Below the pieces are notes generated by a model, which was not told where the DNA came from, did no database searches, and worked only from the letters and a program-made list of their open reading frames with translations. Positions 21,825-32,185 of a stretch of DNA of 64,000 bases are shown here, piece by piece (position 1 is the stretch's first letter; every line of letters starts with the position of its first letter). Made by a program: the position numbers and the translations under genes. Source of the DNA: Deltaproteobacteria bacterium (GTDB lineage Bacteria > Desulfobacterota_D > UBA1144 > Nemesobacterales > CSP1-2); assembly GCA_052390235.1 (NCBI GenBank), contig JBQTHB010000005.1, positions 192,001 through 256,000 on the forward strand. The letters are read 5' to 3'.

Positions 21825-22592
21825 ATGAAAGTGCTTATCCTCGGATGCGCCACCTCGACCGGAGTTCCTATAGTCGGATGCCCGTGCAGAATATGCGCCT
21901 CGACGAATCCGAAGAACACTAGAACGAGAACCTCCGCACTGATTCAAACGAGCGGGAAAAATATCTTAATTGACACCTCCACCGACCTGAGACAGCAAGC
22001 CCTGAGACACAAAATAACGAGAATTGACGCCGTCCTCTACACCCACTCCCACGCCGACCACACTCACGGCATTGACGAGCTTCGCACCTACAATTTCATC
22101 AATAAAATGGCGATTCCCTGCTTTGGCAGCCCCGAGACGGTGCGAAACCTCCAATCCAATTTCAAATACATATTCGACGGCTCTTACTCCGCCGGAGGAA
22201 AGCCCCTGATTCAGCTCACCGCGGTTAGCGAGGAATTCAGCGTCTGCGAGACCCGCGTTATCCCGATAGAAATCAACCACGCCCACTGGATGATTTTCGG
22301 CTACAGGGTGGGCAACGCGGCGTATCTAACGGACTGTAGCGGCATCCCTGAGGATTCAATGCGCAAGCTCGCGGGGCTGGATATTCTCATCCTGAGCGCG
22401 CTGAGGTATAATCCGCACCCGGCGCATTTCAGCGTCGAGCAGGCGATAGAAGTGGTCAGGAGGCTGAGGCCCAAGCTCGCCGTTTTCACACACATGGGGC
22501 ATGAACTTGACTACGACGAGCTTTCGGGGAAACTGCCCGAAGGGATTTTGGCGGCTTACGACGGCATGGAATTCGACATCCCAGAGGATTAA
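21825..22592 (+). CDS. MBL-fold metallohydrolase (PhnP-like)
   Basis: GCATSTGVP, CPCRIC, THSHADHTHG, AYDGM. Confidence 0.92.
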   Translation: MKVLILGCATSTGVPIVGCPCRICASTNPKNTRTRTSALIQTSGKNILIDTSTDLRQQALRHKITRIDAVLYTHSHADHTHGIDELRTYNFINKMAIPCFGSPETVRNLQSNFKYIFDGSYSAGGKPLIQLTAVSEEFSVCETRVIPIEINHAHWMIFGYRVGNAAYLTDCSGIPEDSMRKLAGLDILILSALRYNPHPAHFSVEQAIEVVRRLRPKLAVFTHMGHELDYDELSGKLPEGILAAYDGMEFDIPED

Positions 22593-22646
22593 TAGGACAA
22601 ATCACGACCCTCGCGGCAGGGGAAGCGCATTTAAGGAGATTCGCAG

Positions 22647-23870
22647 ATGCAGGACGCAATTCGAGGGCTGATTCAGGAGAATAAATCCAAACTCGTCCTG
22701 TGCGTGCTGGACGGGCTAGGCGGGCTTCCAGTGAACGGGAAATCCGAGCTTGAGGCGGCAGAGATTCCCAATCTCGATAAATTGGCAAAGCACGGCGCCG
22801 CGGGGCTTCACACGCCCGTAGCCGTGGGCATCACGCCCGGAAGCGGAGCGGCGCACCTTGGGCTTTTCGGCTATGACCCGCTCAGTTATGAAATCGGAAG
22901 GGGGGTACTCGAAGCCATCGGGATTGGAATCGAGGTCGGAGCGTCCGATATAGCCATCAGGGGAAATTTCGCAACAGTCAGCTACGCAGGAGCATCGCCC
23001 ATCGTAACGGACAGGAGAGCCGGGCGCATCTCAACGGAAGAGAACCAGAGAATCACGGCGAAAATCAGGGAAAACCTCGGAGAAATTGGCGGAGCGCGGG
23101 TTTCCGTAACCTCCGGCTTGGAGCATCGCATAGTGATTTTGCTGAGCTTCCCAAACCCTCTCCCTGCCGGCGCAGACGATATTCCCGACACAGACCCGCA
23201 GAGGGAGGGCAAATCCCCTCGCACCGCCGCGGCGAATAAGCCCCAAGCCCTGCCCGTCGCCGAAGCGGTCAATAAAACCGTGAGCCGAATCGCCGAAATC
23301 ATCAGAGACGAGCCGAAGGCAAACTACATTTTACTCAGAGGCGTGTCTCAGTACCCGAATCTCGCCGGTTTTAAAGAGGTCTATGGGCTTCGAGCCGCCG
23401 CCATTGCAACGTATCCCATGTACCGAGGAGTGGCAAAACTGGTTGGAATGGACGCGCTTGAGGTTCGAGACAACTCAATTGAGAGCGAAATTGAGACCCT
23501 CGCGCGGCATTTCGACGAATACGACTTTTTCTATCTCCACGTCAAGAAAACTGATAGCTACGGGGAAGACGGCAATTTCGAGGGCAAGGCGCGCGTCATT
23601 GAGCAGTTCGATGAGCTTCTGCCTCGAATTCTCAATCTCAAGCCCGATGTGCTGGCAATCACGGGAGACCATTCAACCCCCGCCATTATGAAATCCCATA
23701 GCTGGCACCCCGTGCCGATAGTTATCGCCTCGCCCTACGCCTGCGGGGGATGGAGCGAGGGATTCTCAGAGAGGGAGTGTCTCAAAGGGGAACTCGGCAG
23801 AATCAGGGCTGTGGAGATTATGCCGCTGATGCTTGCCCACGCGGGGAGGCTTCAGAAGTTCGGGGCTTAA
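22647..23870 (+). CDS. apgM: 2,3-bisphosphoglycerate-independent phosphoglycerate mutase (archaeal type)
   Basis: DGLGG, TPGSGAAHL, DRRAGRI, HVKKTD, TGDHSTP, HSWHPVP. Confidence 0.93.
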   Translation: MQDAIRGLIQENKSKLVLCVLDGLGGLPVNGKSELEAAEIPNLDKLAKHGAAGLHTPVAVGITPGSGAAHLGLFGYDPLSYEIGRGVLEAIGIGIEVGASDIAIRGNFATVSYAGASPIVTDRRAGRISTEENQRITAKIRENLGEIGGARVSVTSGLEHRIVILLSFPNPLPAGADDIPDTDPQREGKSPRTAAANKPQALPVAEAVNKTVSRIAEIIRDEPKANYILLRGVSQYPNLAGFKEVYGLRAAAIATYPMYRGVAKLVGMDALEVRDNSIESEIETLARHFDEYDFFYLHVKKTDSYGEDGNFEGKARVIEQFDELLPRILNLKPDVLAITGDHSTPAIMKSHSWHPVPIVIASPYACGGWSEGFSERECLKGELGRIRAVEIMPLMLAHAGRLQKFGA

Positions 23871-24064
23871 AAAATGGTGGTGAGTGATTAGTTTTACTTT
23901 ATGATGACGCTAAGCAATCGGCGCGAGAGGCGAGGCGTATGACCCCCCTAATCAATCCGACGCTCGTCCTGCTGAGCTTCTCGAGGCGCCGCCCAATGGG
24001 GGCTACGACTCTCATCCGGCGGATTCTATGAATTAAGCGCGCTCTGTTGTAAAATGTCGCCTCA

Positions 24065-25390
24065 ATGAGCGATAAAATAATCACCGTCGTAGGGGGCGGG
24101 CTTGCAGGGGTTGAGGCGGCGCATCAAATCACAAAATTCGGCTTAAGGGCAAGGCTCATCGAGATGAGACCCGCAATTAGGACCGAAGCCCACGGGAGCG
24201 CGAATTTCGCCGAGCTTGTCTGTAGCAACTCGCTTAAATCCGACTCCACGGACAATGCGGCGGGGGTTCTCAAGCGGGAGATGCGGCATCTAGGCTCAAT
24301 TGTGCTTGAGGCGGCAGATGCGACGAGAGTTCCCGCAGGCAAAGCCCTTGCCGTTGACCGCGAGAAATTCTCCGCGCTCCTCACGCGAAAAACCGAACAG
24401 AACCCGCTCGTTGAAGTCCAAAGAGCGGAATTTACGAAAATCCCCGATTTGCCCGATAGCCCCGTCGTCATCGCCACAGGGCCCCTCACATCCAAAGCCC
24501 TGTCGGATGAAATTGCCAGAATCACAGGCTCATCGCACCTCTATTTCTACGACGCCATCTCGCCCATTATTGACGCTGAAACCATTGACATAGACGCCGC
24601 ATTTCGGGCTTCGCGCTACGAAGAGGGAGACGAAGCCGGCGGGGATTACCTCAACTGCCCAATGAACCGCGAGGAGTATTATCAATTCATTGACGCGCTC
24701 ATCGGAGCGGAGAAAATCGAGGCGAGAGACTTTGAAAAGGCGCTCTACTTCGAGAGTTGCCTGCCAATAGAGGTCATGGCTGAACGCGGGCGGGACACCC
24801 TTAGGTTTGGGCCCATGAAGCCTGTGGGCATTATAAATCCCCGCACAGGGAAAATGCCATTTGCAGTGGTTCAGCTTCGGATGGAGAACCGCGAAGGCTC
24901 GATGTACAACATGGTGGGTTTTCAGACAAAGCTCAAATACCCGGAGCAGAGGAGGATTTTTGGGATGATTCCGGGGCTTCAGAAGGCGGAGTTCATGCGC
25001 CACGGGAGCATACACAGAAACACCTTTATAAATTCGCCGACGCTGCTCCTGCCGACGCTAGAGCTTCGGGGGCGCAGGGGAATCTTCTTCGCTGGACAGA
25101 TTACCGGCGTCGAGGGATATACCGAGTCCGCCGCTATGGGGATTATCGCGGGGATTAACGCGGCAAGGGTTTTATTGGGCAGAGAGCCTATAACCCCGCC
25201 CGGCGATACCGCGCTCGGCTCGCTGATAAGATATATCACCGACGGGAGCGTTAAGAATTTTCAGCCCATGAATATCAATTTTGGGCTATTTCCGCCGCCG
25301 CCGCAGGGAGCGAGAAAATCCGACAGAAAAAAATCAATAGCCGAGCGGGCTCTTGCCTCCATTGATGACTTCGCGGCGTTTAGGGATTAA
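24065..25390 (+). CDS. trmFO: Folate/FAD-dependent tRNA m5U54 methyltransferase
   Basis: [49 protein letters not shown]. Confidence 0.97.
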   Translation: MSDKIITVVGGGLAGVEAAHQITKFGLRARLIEMRPAIRTEAHGSANFAELVCSNSLKSDSTDNAAGVLKREMRHLGSIVLEAADATRVPAGKALAVDREKFSALLTRKTEQNPLVEVQRAEFTKIPDLPDSPVVIATGPLTSKALSDEIARITGSSHLYFYDAISPIIDAETIDIDAAFRASRYEEGDEAGGDYLNCPMNREEYYQFIDALIGAEKIEARDFEKALYFESCLPIEVMAERGRDTLRFGPMKPVGIINPRTGKMPFAVVQLRMENREGSMYNMVGFQTKLKYPEQRRIFGMIPGLQKAEFMRHGSIHRNTFINSPTLLLPTLELRGRRGIFFAGQITGVEGYTESAAMGIIAGINAARVLLGREPITPPGDTALGSLIRYITDGSVKNFQPMNINFGLFPPPPQGARKSDRKKSIAERALASIDDFAAFRD

Positions 25391-25496
25391 TTTTGCGCGC
25401 TATCATGCCTCGAGGCAATTTATTGCCGCAGATGCGCGTACTGCGGGGTCAAGCCAATTAATCTTCGTTAAACTTCTAAAGCCTAAAGGGGAAACG

Positions 25497-26561
25497 ATGA
25501 GCAGATTCATCAGAAAATCATCGGAGAAAATCGGAAAGCATCCGGGCGCGCTTGTTTACGTCGGCGATAGAAAAGTCGAAAAAGTAAGGATTCGCCTTAT
25601 TAACTACGACGCGGCGACGCTCCGCGAGGAGCAGTTCAACTCCATAGAAGAGGTTTTCAACTGCCGCAACACAGCCGCCGTGTCGTGGATAAACATTGAC
25701 GGACTGCACGATGTCGAGGTTATAGAGAAAATCGGAGGGCATTTCAATCTCCATCCGCTCCTGCTCGAAGACGTGCTGAACACCGAACAGCGCCCGAAGA
25801 TAGAAGATTACGGCCACTGCCTGTTCATCGTGCTTAAGATGCTCGAATACAACGATAAAAAAGAGAGAATCGAAGCCGAGCAGATGAGCCTAGTCCTCAT
25901 GCCCAGCGTGGTCATCACGTTTCAGGAAAACTACGGAGACGTTTTCAACCCCCTGCGCGGGAGAATCAAAAACTTCAAAGGACGCGTGCGCGCCGCCGGA
26001 GCGGACTACCTCGCCTACGCCCTTATGGACGCCATAGTGGATAATTACTTCGTGATACTTGAGAGAATCGGCGACAAAATCGAAGAAATCGAGGGGGAAC
26101 TCCTGTCGAACCCCACGGAAAGGACGCTTGCCAAGCTCCAGAAGATGAGAAAAGAGATGCTCCTTCTGCGCAAATTTGTCTGGCCCCTCAGGGAAATCGT
26201 AAGCGCCCTTCAGCGCGAGGAGTTCTCGCTGATTGATAAGGCGAGCGCCGCCTACATAAGAGACCTCTACGACCACACGATTCAGGTGATTGACACCATT
26301 GAAGCCCTAAGAGACGTGCTTTCGGGGATGGTGGATATTTATCTCTCAAGCACAGGGAACAGGATGAACGAGGTTATGAAGGTGCTGACAATTATCTCGA
26401 CCATATTCATACCGCTCACTTTCGTAGCCGGGGTGTATGGGATGAATTTCAGATATATGCCGGAGCTTTCGGAGAGGTGGGGGTATCCGGCGGTGCTGGG
26501 GATAATGCTCGCCGCGGGGTGCGCTATGCTGCTGTACTTCAGGCGGAAAAAATGGCTGTGA
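25497..26561 (+). CDS. corA: Magnesium/cobalt transporter
   Basis: LHPLLLED, QRPKIE, GVYGMNF, MPEL; start ATG 25497 with AAGGGG SD. Confidence 0.96.
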   Translation: MSRFIRKSSEKIGKHPGALVYVGDRKVEKVRIRLINYDAATLREEQFNSIEEVFNCRNTAAVSWINIDGLHDVEVIEKIGGHFNLHPLLLEDVLNTEQRPKIEDYGHCLFIVLKMLEYNDKKERIEAEQMSLVLMPSVVITFQENYGDVFNPLRGRIKNFKGRVRAAGADYLAYALMDAIVDNYFVILERIGDKIEEIEGELLSNPTERTLAKLQKMRKEMLLLRKFVWPLREIVSALQREEFSLIDKASAAYIRDLYDHTIQVIDTIEALRDVLSGMVDIYLSSTGNRMNEVMKVLTIISTIFIPLTFVAGVYGMNFRYMPELSERWGYPAVLGIMLAAGCAMLLYFRRKKWL

Positions 26562-26808
26562 TGCGCAGCCTGCCCCGCAGCGAGAGCCGTTCGATGGATT
26601 CAGGGGGGCATTGCTAAACCATTTTACTGTGAGGCGCTCGCGATAATGTGGATTGATTCCGGGAAAAGCCCTGCGCAAAGTAATCGCAATATAGCGGATA
26701 AGGTGTAATATTATATGGAGAATATTGTGCTGGGGACAATTTATGAAGCTATCGAGCGCTGGCTATCAGGAAATTCAAGACACGTTATCCGTAACGATTA
26801 AGAGAAAC

Positions 26809-28137
26809 ATGACGCACTTTCTCCGTTTCAACATAGTAAAAAAGATGCTTCTTGGATTTCTACCTATTTCTCTTCTCATTATCGTCATCGGGATTTTCGC
26901 CCTTTCAAACCTCAACCGACTCAGCGTCATTAACGACAACATCACCAAAGGCGATCTGCCGCTCATTGAGACCCTCGATAAAATATACAATGGCTTAATC
27001 GCCCAGGAGGGCTACGGCAGGCGATATATTCTGCTCAAAAGCCCCGACACCAAAAACCTCTTCTGGGAAAAGAGCAGAGAGGTCGGCGCGCTCATTGAAG
27101 ATGCCAGAAAGCTCCGCCTGAGCGAGAGCACCTCCATTGAGCCTCTCGCCGCGCTCTACGCCGAGTATAACAATCTATTTGGCGAGAGATTTAAAAGCAC
27201 CGGCTCATCGGGCAGAAGGAGATTAGACGCTCAAATCAAAAAGAAGCAAGGGGAAGTGGAATCGCTTATCGAGACCATATCGGCTTCGGCGCGCCAGGGA
27301 CAAAGCGAAAAAGCCGTGATGATAGGCGACACCCTGAGTTCGGCGTTTCGTCTCACTTCAGCCCTCTGCATATTGGGGATTGTACTTGGAGCCGGGGCGG
27401 CTGTGCTTATTACGCGAAACATCTCCTCTTCCATCGGGAAATTAAGGCAGGCTACTGTGCAAGTGTCCGAAGGGAAATTTGATAACCTCCCCCAAGTCCA
27501 AAGCGAGGACGAATTGGGAGAGCTTTCGACGGCTTTCGGCGAAATGGCAAAACGCCTCAAACGCCTCGAAGAGATGTATCTCGACGCAAACCCCTTGACG
27601 CGGCTTCCGGGCGGGATAGCCATTGAAAATGTGCTTCAAAAACGCCTCGACTCAAGCGCTCCGGTTGCGTTCTGTCTGCCCGATATGAATAATTTTAAAT
27701 CCTTCAACGACCAGTATGGCTATGCGAGAGGGAACGAAGTCATACAAGCTACGGCTCACATCATTGAAGAAGCCGCCCGCCGCTACGGAGTGGACGAGGA
27801 TTTCGTGGGACACATAGGCGGAGACGATTTCGCGGTCATTACCACCCCCGACAGATACGAGAATATATGCAGGCACATCACCGAGACTTTCGATAAAATG
27901 ATTCTCGATTTCTACGACCCCGAAGACAGTATCAGGGGATATATCATCGGCTCAACGCGCCAGGGGCAGGAGATGTCGTTCCCGATTATGACCATAGCCA
28001 TCGCCGTAGTTACCAACACGAACCGAAGCATCAAAAGCCATCTTGAGGTCGGGGAGATTGCGGCGGAACTCAAGTCTTACGCCAAATCCCTTGCGGGGAG
28101 CAGCTGCGTGGTTGATCGCCGCAGGGAAAACGCCTAA
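26809..28137 (+). CDS. Membrane sensor diguanylate cyclase-like protein (TM-helical sensor-TM-HAMP-GGDEF)
   Basis: Two TM helices, HAMP (EDELGELSTAFGEM), DANPLTRLPG, FKSFNDQYG, HIGGDDF. Confidence 0.9.
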   Translation: MTHFLRFNIVKKMLLGFLPISLLIIVIGIFALSNLNRLSVINDNITKGDLPLIETLDKIYNGLIAQEGYGRRYILLKSPDTKNLFWEKSREVGALIEDARKLRLSESTSIEPLAALYAEYNNLFGERFKSTGSSGRRRLDAQIKKKQGEVESLIETISASARQGQSEKAVMIGDTLSSAFRLTSALCILGIVLGAGAAVLITRNISSSIGKLRQATVQVSEGKFDNLPQVQSEDELGELSTAFGEMAKRLKRLEEMYLDANPLTRLPGGIAIENVLQKRLDSSAPVAFCLPDMNNFKSFNDQYGYARGNEVIQATAHIIEEAARRYGVDEDFVGHIGGDDFAVITTPDRYENICRHITETFDKMILDFYDPEDSIRGYIIGSTRQGQEMSFPIMTIAIAVVTNTNRSIKSHLEVGEIAAELKSYAKSLAGSSCVVDRRRENA

Positions 28138-28353
28138 GAGGGCTGCCAGAGTGTTACCTTTTTTTTCTCAGACTCGACGCATAAAAGCTCACTTCGGCCC
28201 TAGGTTGATTTATATAAAACCTGCGCCGAGGGCGAAAATATTCTATATTGTCGGCGAGTTACGCTCACATAGAAATTCCCCGCTAGGAGCGGCGCAAATT
28301 TTGAAATCAGTTATAATCATCGAACATAGAGTCAAAACGGATGGATTACTAAA

Positions 28354-28854
28354 TTGCCCATCGAGAGAACAATAAAAAAATTAACCCTCTTAGCCCTAAT
28401 CCTCTTTCTTTCCGGCGCGCCCGGATGCGCCACGAAAGAGCCTGCCCCGAGCGGCGACCTAGGGGTTCAGTCCAAGGTTACATCTCCCGAAGATTTTCCT
28501 AAGGAAATTGCGCGGCTGGAGGAAGCGGCTCGCTTATACTCCGGCGCGCCTCAGGGAGGTATCCACCTTGAGCTTGCGATGCTACACATACACCATAAGA
28601 ATCCAAACCCCAGATACTCGCGGGCGCTAGAGGAGCTTGAGTCCTACATATTTCTCGAAGCGGACAGAGGAAAATCCGACCAGATTCAAAACTGGGTCTC
28701 TTTGCTGAAGGAGCTAAAACGGGTCAGGGAAGAGGGCGCGGCGGCAAAAGCGAGCCTCCAGCAGTTATCCGAGGAAAATCAGAGGATACGCGCCACGCTC
28801 GAAGAGCTTAAAAAACTCGACCGACAGCTTGAGAACAAGAGGAGAAATAAATAA
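28354..28854 (+). CDS. Helical lipoprotein with C-terminal coiled coil
   Basis: Signal peptide ending APGC; TPR-like helix pair; TLEELKKLDRQLE tail. Confidence 0.75.
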   Translation: MPIERTIKKLTLLALILFLSGAPGCATKEPAPSGDLGVQSKVTSPEDFPKEIARLEEAARLYSGAPQGGIHLELAMLHIHHKNPNPRYSRALEELESYIFLEADRGKSDQIQNWVSLLKELKRVREEGAAAKASLQQLSEENQRIRATLEELKKLDRQLENKRRNK

Positions 28855-28858
28855 CGAC

Positions 28859-29416
28859 TCAGGGTCTCAGATACCCCGCAGGAATCCCCCTTCGCCGAGC
28901 CTCGTCGCGCAGAGCCGCCTTTGCAGCGCTGATGAGTATCAGCTCGGATTTAAAACCCTCCAGGCTATCTTCGTGGGATTTGAGCTCTAGTATCGAAAAA
29001 TCGGCGGCGAACCCGTTTATGAGCATATAATTCACCTCTCTTTGCTTCTGTTTAATCTGCTCTTTGGTGTTTTCAATCGCCTGTAGAATGAATCTCTCGC
29101 GTCTCTCGAGTTCCAGGGCGCGGCCTCTCCAAAATTCCCTAATCTCCCGCTCCCTGCCCTCGTTTTCCCGAATCTCCGCATCGCCGGCAGACTCGCCCTC
29201 CTCCTGTTCCTCGGCGGATTCTTCCGTCCTAAAATTCTCGGAATCGCCGCCAGCGTTTTCGATAGCCTCCGCCCCGGGTCTGCGCTCTTGCGGGATGTTT
29301 TCGGGATTGTCCGTGTAGTGAACCGAGCCGTCTCGGTCAACCCACTTGTAAATCGTCCTCGCCTCCGCTGATACGGCAATGAGAGCTATAAGCGCGGCGA
29401 TAAGAATTCTATTCAT
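28859..29416 (-). CDS. DUF4124-domain exported protein
   Basis: Signal peptide then IYKWVDRDGSVHYTDNP; ends ARRRGIPAGYLR. Confidence 0.85.
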   Translation of the reverse strand: MNRILIAALIALIAVSAEARTIYKWVDRDGSVHYTDNPENIPQERRPGAEAIENAGGDSENFRTEESAEEQEEGESAGDAEIRENEGREREIREFWRGRALELERRERFILQAIENTKEQIKQKQREVNYMLINGFAADFSILELKSHEDSLEGFKSELILISAAKAALRDEARRRGIPAGYLRP

Positions 29417-29509
29417 CAGAGAATTTCCCTCCTATTTACGCTGAATTATAAATCAATTCCGAAGAGTTAAAATCCGCATTTTCTGCTATTTTATCAATTG
29501 AACCAAAAT

Positions 29510-29518
29510 TGGTATAAT
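29510..29518 (+). promoter_or_regulatory. Extended -10 promoter, probably leaderless
   Basis: TGgTATAAT 7 nt before ATG 29526; no SD. Confidence 0.6.
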
Positions 29519-29525
29519 GCTAGCT

Positions 29526-30278
29526 ATGGAAAGAGATGTTATCGAAACTCTGATAGGTTGGATTAGGGAGTCGCGTAAAATCATCGTCCTCACCGGAGCG
29601 GAGCTTTCGGCTGAGGCAGGGGTGCCGGATTTCTCGGACTTGAGGCTGAATCCCGACATACAGGAATTCCGGGCGAATAAGGAGGTGAGGGCCGCTTACT
29701 GGAAAAAGATAAGAGTCCTCTATCCCGCCCTTGTCAACGCCGAACCCAGCCCCTCGCACCAAGCCCTCGCGGAGCTTGAGATGATAGCGAATCTGGACTG
29801 TATCTTCACCCAAACCACGGACGGTCTCCATCACCGCGCGGGAAGCTCATCTGTAATGGAGGTTCATAGCTCCATGCTCTGGGTCAATTGCACGAGTTGC
29901 GGCAAGGACTACACAATGGAGGATACGCTCTCAAGCCTCGAGAAGGGCAGAGATATTCCCGTGTGCGATGCCTGCGGCAGGGACGTGCTCAAGCCCCCCA
30001 TCTCGTTCCCCGGTCAGCCCCCGTCGCACTGGGAGGCGCGCGAGGCTTGGATGCGCCTTCGGGACTGCTCGCTGTTTTTAATCGTCGGAGCGTCGCTTGA
30101 GATTAACCCGGCGTCCTCTTTTCCGGCTATGGCAAAGGAGCATAACGCAAAAGTCGCCATCATAAGCGACAGGCAAAACCCCGCCGACGACTACGCCGAC
30201 GCCGTAATTTATGGAAAACCGAAGCAGGTGCTCCCTTTCATCGTCAAAAAACTAAAAGCAGGAATGGGACAGGCATAG
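29526..30278 (+). CDS. Sir2/sirtuin-fold protein with degenerate catalytic motifs
   Basis: LTGAELSAEAGVPDF, TQTTDGLH, EVHSS, two CxxC, VGASLEINPAS; start set to ATG 29526. Confidence 0.85.
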   Translation: MERDVIETLIGWIRESRKIIVLTGAELSAEAGVPDFSDLRLNPDIQEFRANKEVRAAYWKKIRVLYPALVNAEPSPSHQALAELEMIANLDCIFTQTTDGLHHRAGSSSVMEVHSSMLWVNCTSCGKDYTMEDTLSSLEKGRDIPVCDACGRDVLKPPISFPGQPPSHWEAREAWMRLRDCSLFLIVGASLEINPASSFPAMAKEHNAKVAIISDRQNPADDYADAVIYGKPKQVLPFIVKKLKAGMGQA

Positions 30279-30303
30279 GGGTCGCGCGCAGTCGGAGCAA
30301 TCA

Positions 30304-31761
30304 ATGGCGGATAATTCATCCCAGATAGCCAAGTACGTCTCCAATACCGAGGGAGACATCTACACCGTGGGCAACCTCCCCGAAGAGGTCGTAGCCGTGA
30401 TATTTGCCTATGTGAGCCGGAGCGCGAAGAGCTTCCGCGAAAATATACTCTCGGTCGTCCGCGAGGAGGAATTTGGCATAGAGAGGGCGGCGGCGTTTCA
30501 CGAGAAATGGGTCTTAAACTACGGACACGCTTCCGTTGCCGAACACGCAACGGTTCACATAGGGATTGAGCGGGTATCGCGGCTCTTTTCATCTCTCCTT
30601 GAGTTGTCGAACGAGTATTTGTCCTTTACCGAGTACTCGCAGAGGTATCAAAAACCCAAGAAGGGCGATTTTTACATCCCGCCTGAGCTGGGGGATAAAC
30701 CCGGACTCCTTGCCGAGTACGTGGATCTAAACAACCGCCTCTACGACATCTACTCGGATTTATACGCGAGGCTTGTGGATTTTCTCAAAACATATCAGCC
30801 CGCACCCGAAGGAGTGGACGGAAAAGCGCACACAAGGGCGCTCGAGAAAATCGCTTTCGAGGATGCGAGATACGCCCTGCCGCTCGCCACATTTACAAAC
30901 CTCGGCATGACGGCTAATGCCAGAGCCATCGAAGACGCGCTGACAAAGATGCTTTCAAGCGGCTACCCAGAGGCGCGGGCGAGAGCCGAGGAAATCAAGC
31001 GGGAGGTAAAATTCTCCGTTCCTACGCTGGTAAAATACGCTAATGAAAATCCGTATATAAAGAGGACGCAGGAATCGCTTCTGCAAACCGCTCGGCAGGC
31101 GGCATCATCACGCCAGGGGAGGGTTCTAAATGCCGCCGAATGCGGGGTAAAGCTCTTAGATTGGACGGGTAGAGGCTCTCCTGATGCCGAACGGGCGGCG
31201 GCGGAGAAAATGGCGAGGGCAATTTTTTTTGAACACTCCGCCTCAGGTTACGGGGAAATGGGGACGGCGGACAGCCTCGCCACTGCGCAAAAAGCAGTGG
31301 AGAACCTGGGCAAATACGACAACCCAGTGAACGCGCTTAAACTCATCAGCTACGAAGCCGAGCTTACGATAAGCGAGGCGTGCTGGCATCAACTTCTCCG
31401 GCACAGGCAGGTGAACTGGATTGCTCAGAACCCAAGCCCCGACTCAGGCATCAGAGTCCCGCCGAATATCGCGCGCGCCAAGGGGGAGAGTCTCCTCTGG
31501 GAGGCGGCGGAGTTGGGCGAGAGGTTTTATAAAAAGCTCGTCGGCGAGAACCTGCCATTCGCGGCGAGCTACGCGGTTATAAACGCCCACCAAAGACGCG
31601 TTTTAGGGAGTTTTAGCCTCTGGGAATTTTATCATCTCGTAAATTTGAGAATGTCCGAAGGGGCGCAGTGGGATATAAGAGACGTTGTAGGGGCGCTGGC
31701 AGAAGAGATAACAAAGCGGCATCCGAACCTCGCCGCTCCGGCTCTGGCGCGGGTGAGCTAA
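30304..31761 (+). CDS. thyX: FAD-dependent thymidylate synthase, tandem-domain type
   Basis: YGHASVAEHA, EYSQRY and EDARYALP in domain 1; HQLLRHR, LRM and AQWDIR in domain 2. Confidence 0.85.
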   Translation: MADNSSQIAKYVSNTEGDIYTVGNLPEEVVAVIFAYVSRSAKSFRENILSVVREEEFGIERAAAFHEKWVLNYGHASVAEHATVHIGIERVSRLFSSLLELSNEYLSFTEYSQRYQKPKKGDFYIPPELGDKPGLLAEYVDLNNRLYDIYSDLYARLVDFLKTYQPAPEGVDGKAHTRALEKIAFEDARYALPLATFTNLGMTANARAIEDALTKMLSSGYPEARARAEEIKREVKFSVPTLVKYANENPYIKRTQESLLQTARQAASSRQGRVLNAAECGVKLLDWTGRGSPDAERAAAEKMARAIFFEHSASGYGEMGTADSLATAQKAVENLGKYDNPVNALKLISYEAELTISEACWHQLLRHRQVNWIAQNPSPDSGIRVPPNIARAKGESLLWEAAELGERFYKKLVGENLPFAASYAVINAHQRRVLGSFSLWEFYHLVNLRMSEGAQWDIRDVVGALAEEITKRHPNLAAPALARVS

Positions 31762-31833
31762 AACCGGATTGGGATTTCAATCCGTTGATATTACCCGCCC
31801 GCCCACCTGTGCGGCAACTGGTTTTTACCCGGT

Positions 31834-32070
31834 TTAGTGCTTCACTTTCTCAGGGATAAGAAGCATCTGCCAGAGTCGAAGCAACACCTCTTCGTCATCG
31901 TTTAAGACAATCTGCTTTTTAGTCGTGGCGCTTTTATTAATTTTCTCGACAAACGCCTGCAAGTCCGTGAACGTTACTTTTATCGGCTCTTTAATGGAAT
32001 TGTGAAACTCGATTTTGAATCCGTCCTCAATTTGAACAGCGCTGTAGTCGTTGCCGGGTTTATCTATCAT
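31834..32070 (-). CDS. Small hypothetical protein
   Basis: ATG 32070 with AGGAG SD; 78 aa. Confidence 0.7.
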   Translation of the reverse strand: MIDKPGNDYSAVQIEDGFKIEFHNSIKEPIKVTFTDLQAFVEKINKSATTKKQIVLNDDEEVLLRLWQMLLIPEKVKH

Positions 32071-32185
32071 TTCATCTCCTTGTGTATGGGATAAAATAAT
32101 CACCTGCGGCGGGATGTAAAGGGGAAATAAGCGGGAAAAGTAAAAATCCCTCGCCCCTGCGTCCGCTCCGTCAAATATTCCCGAA

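Noticed and set aside
29526..30278. Sirtuin as anti-phage SIR2 NADase (Thoeris/DSR)
   Set aside because: It has the zinc-binding deacylase-type architecture, no defence partner genes and a housekeeping context.
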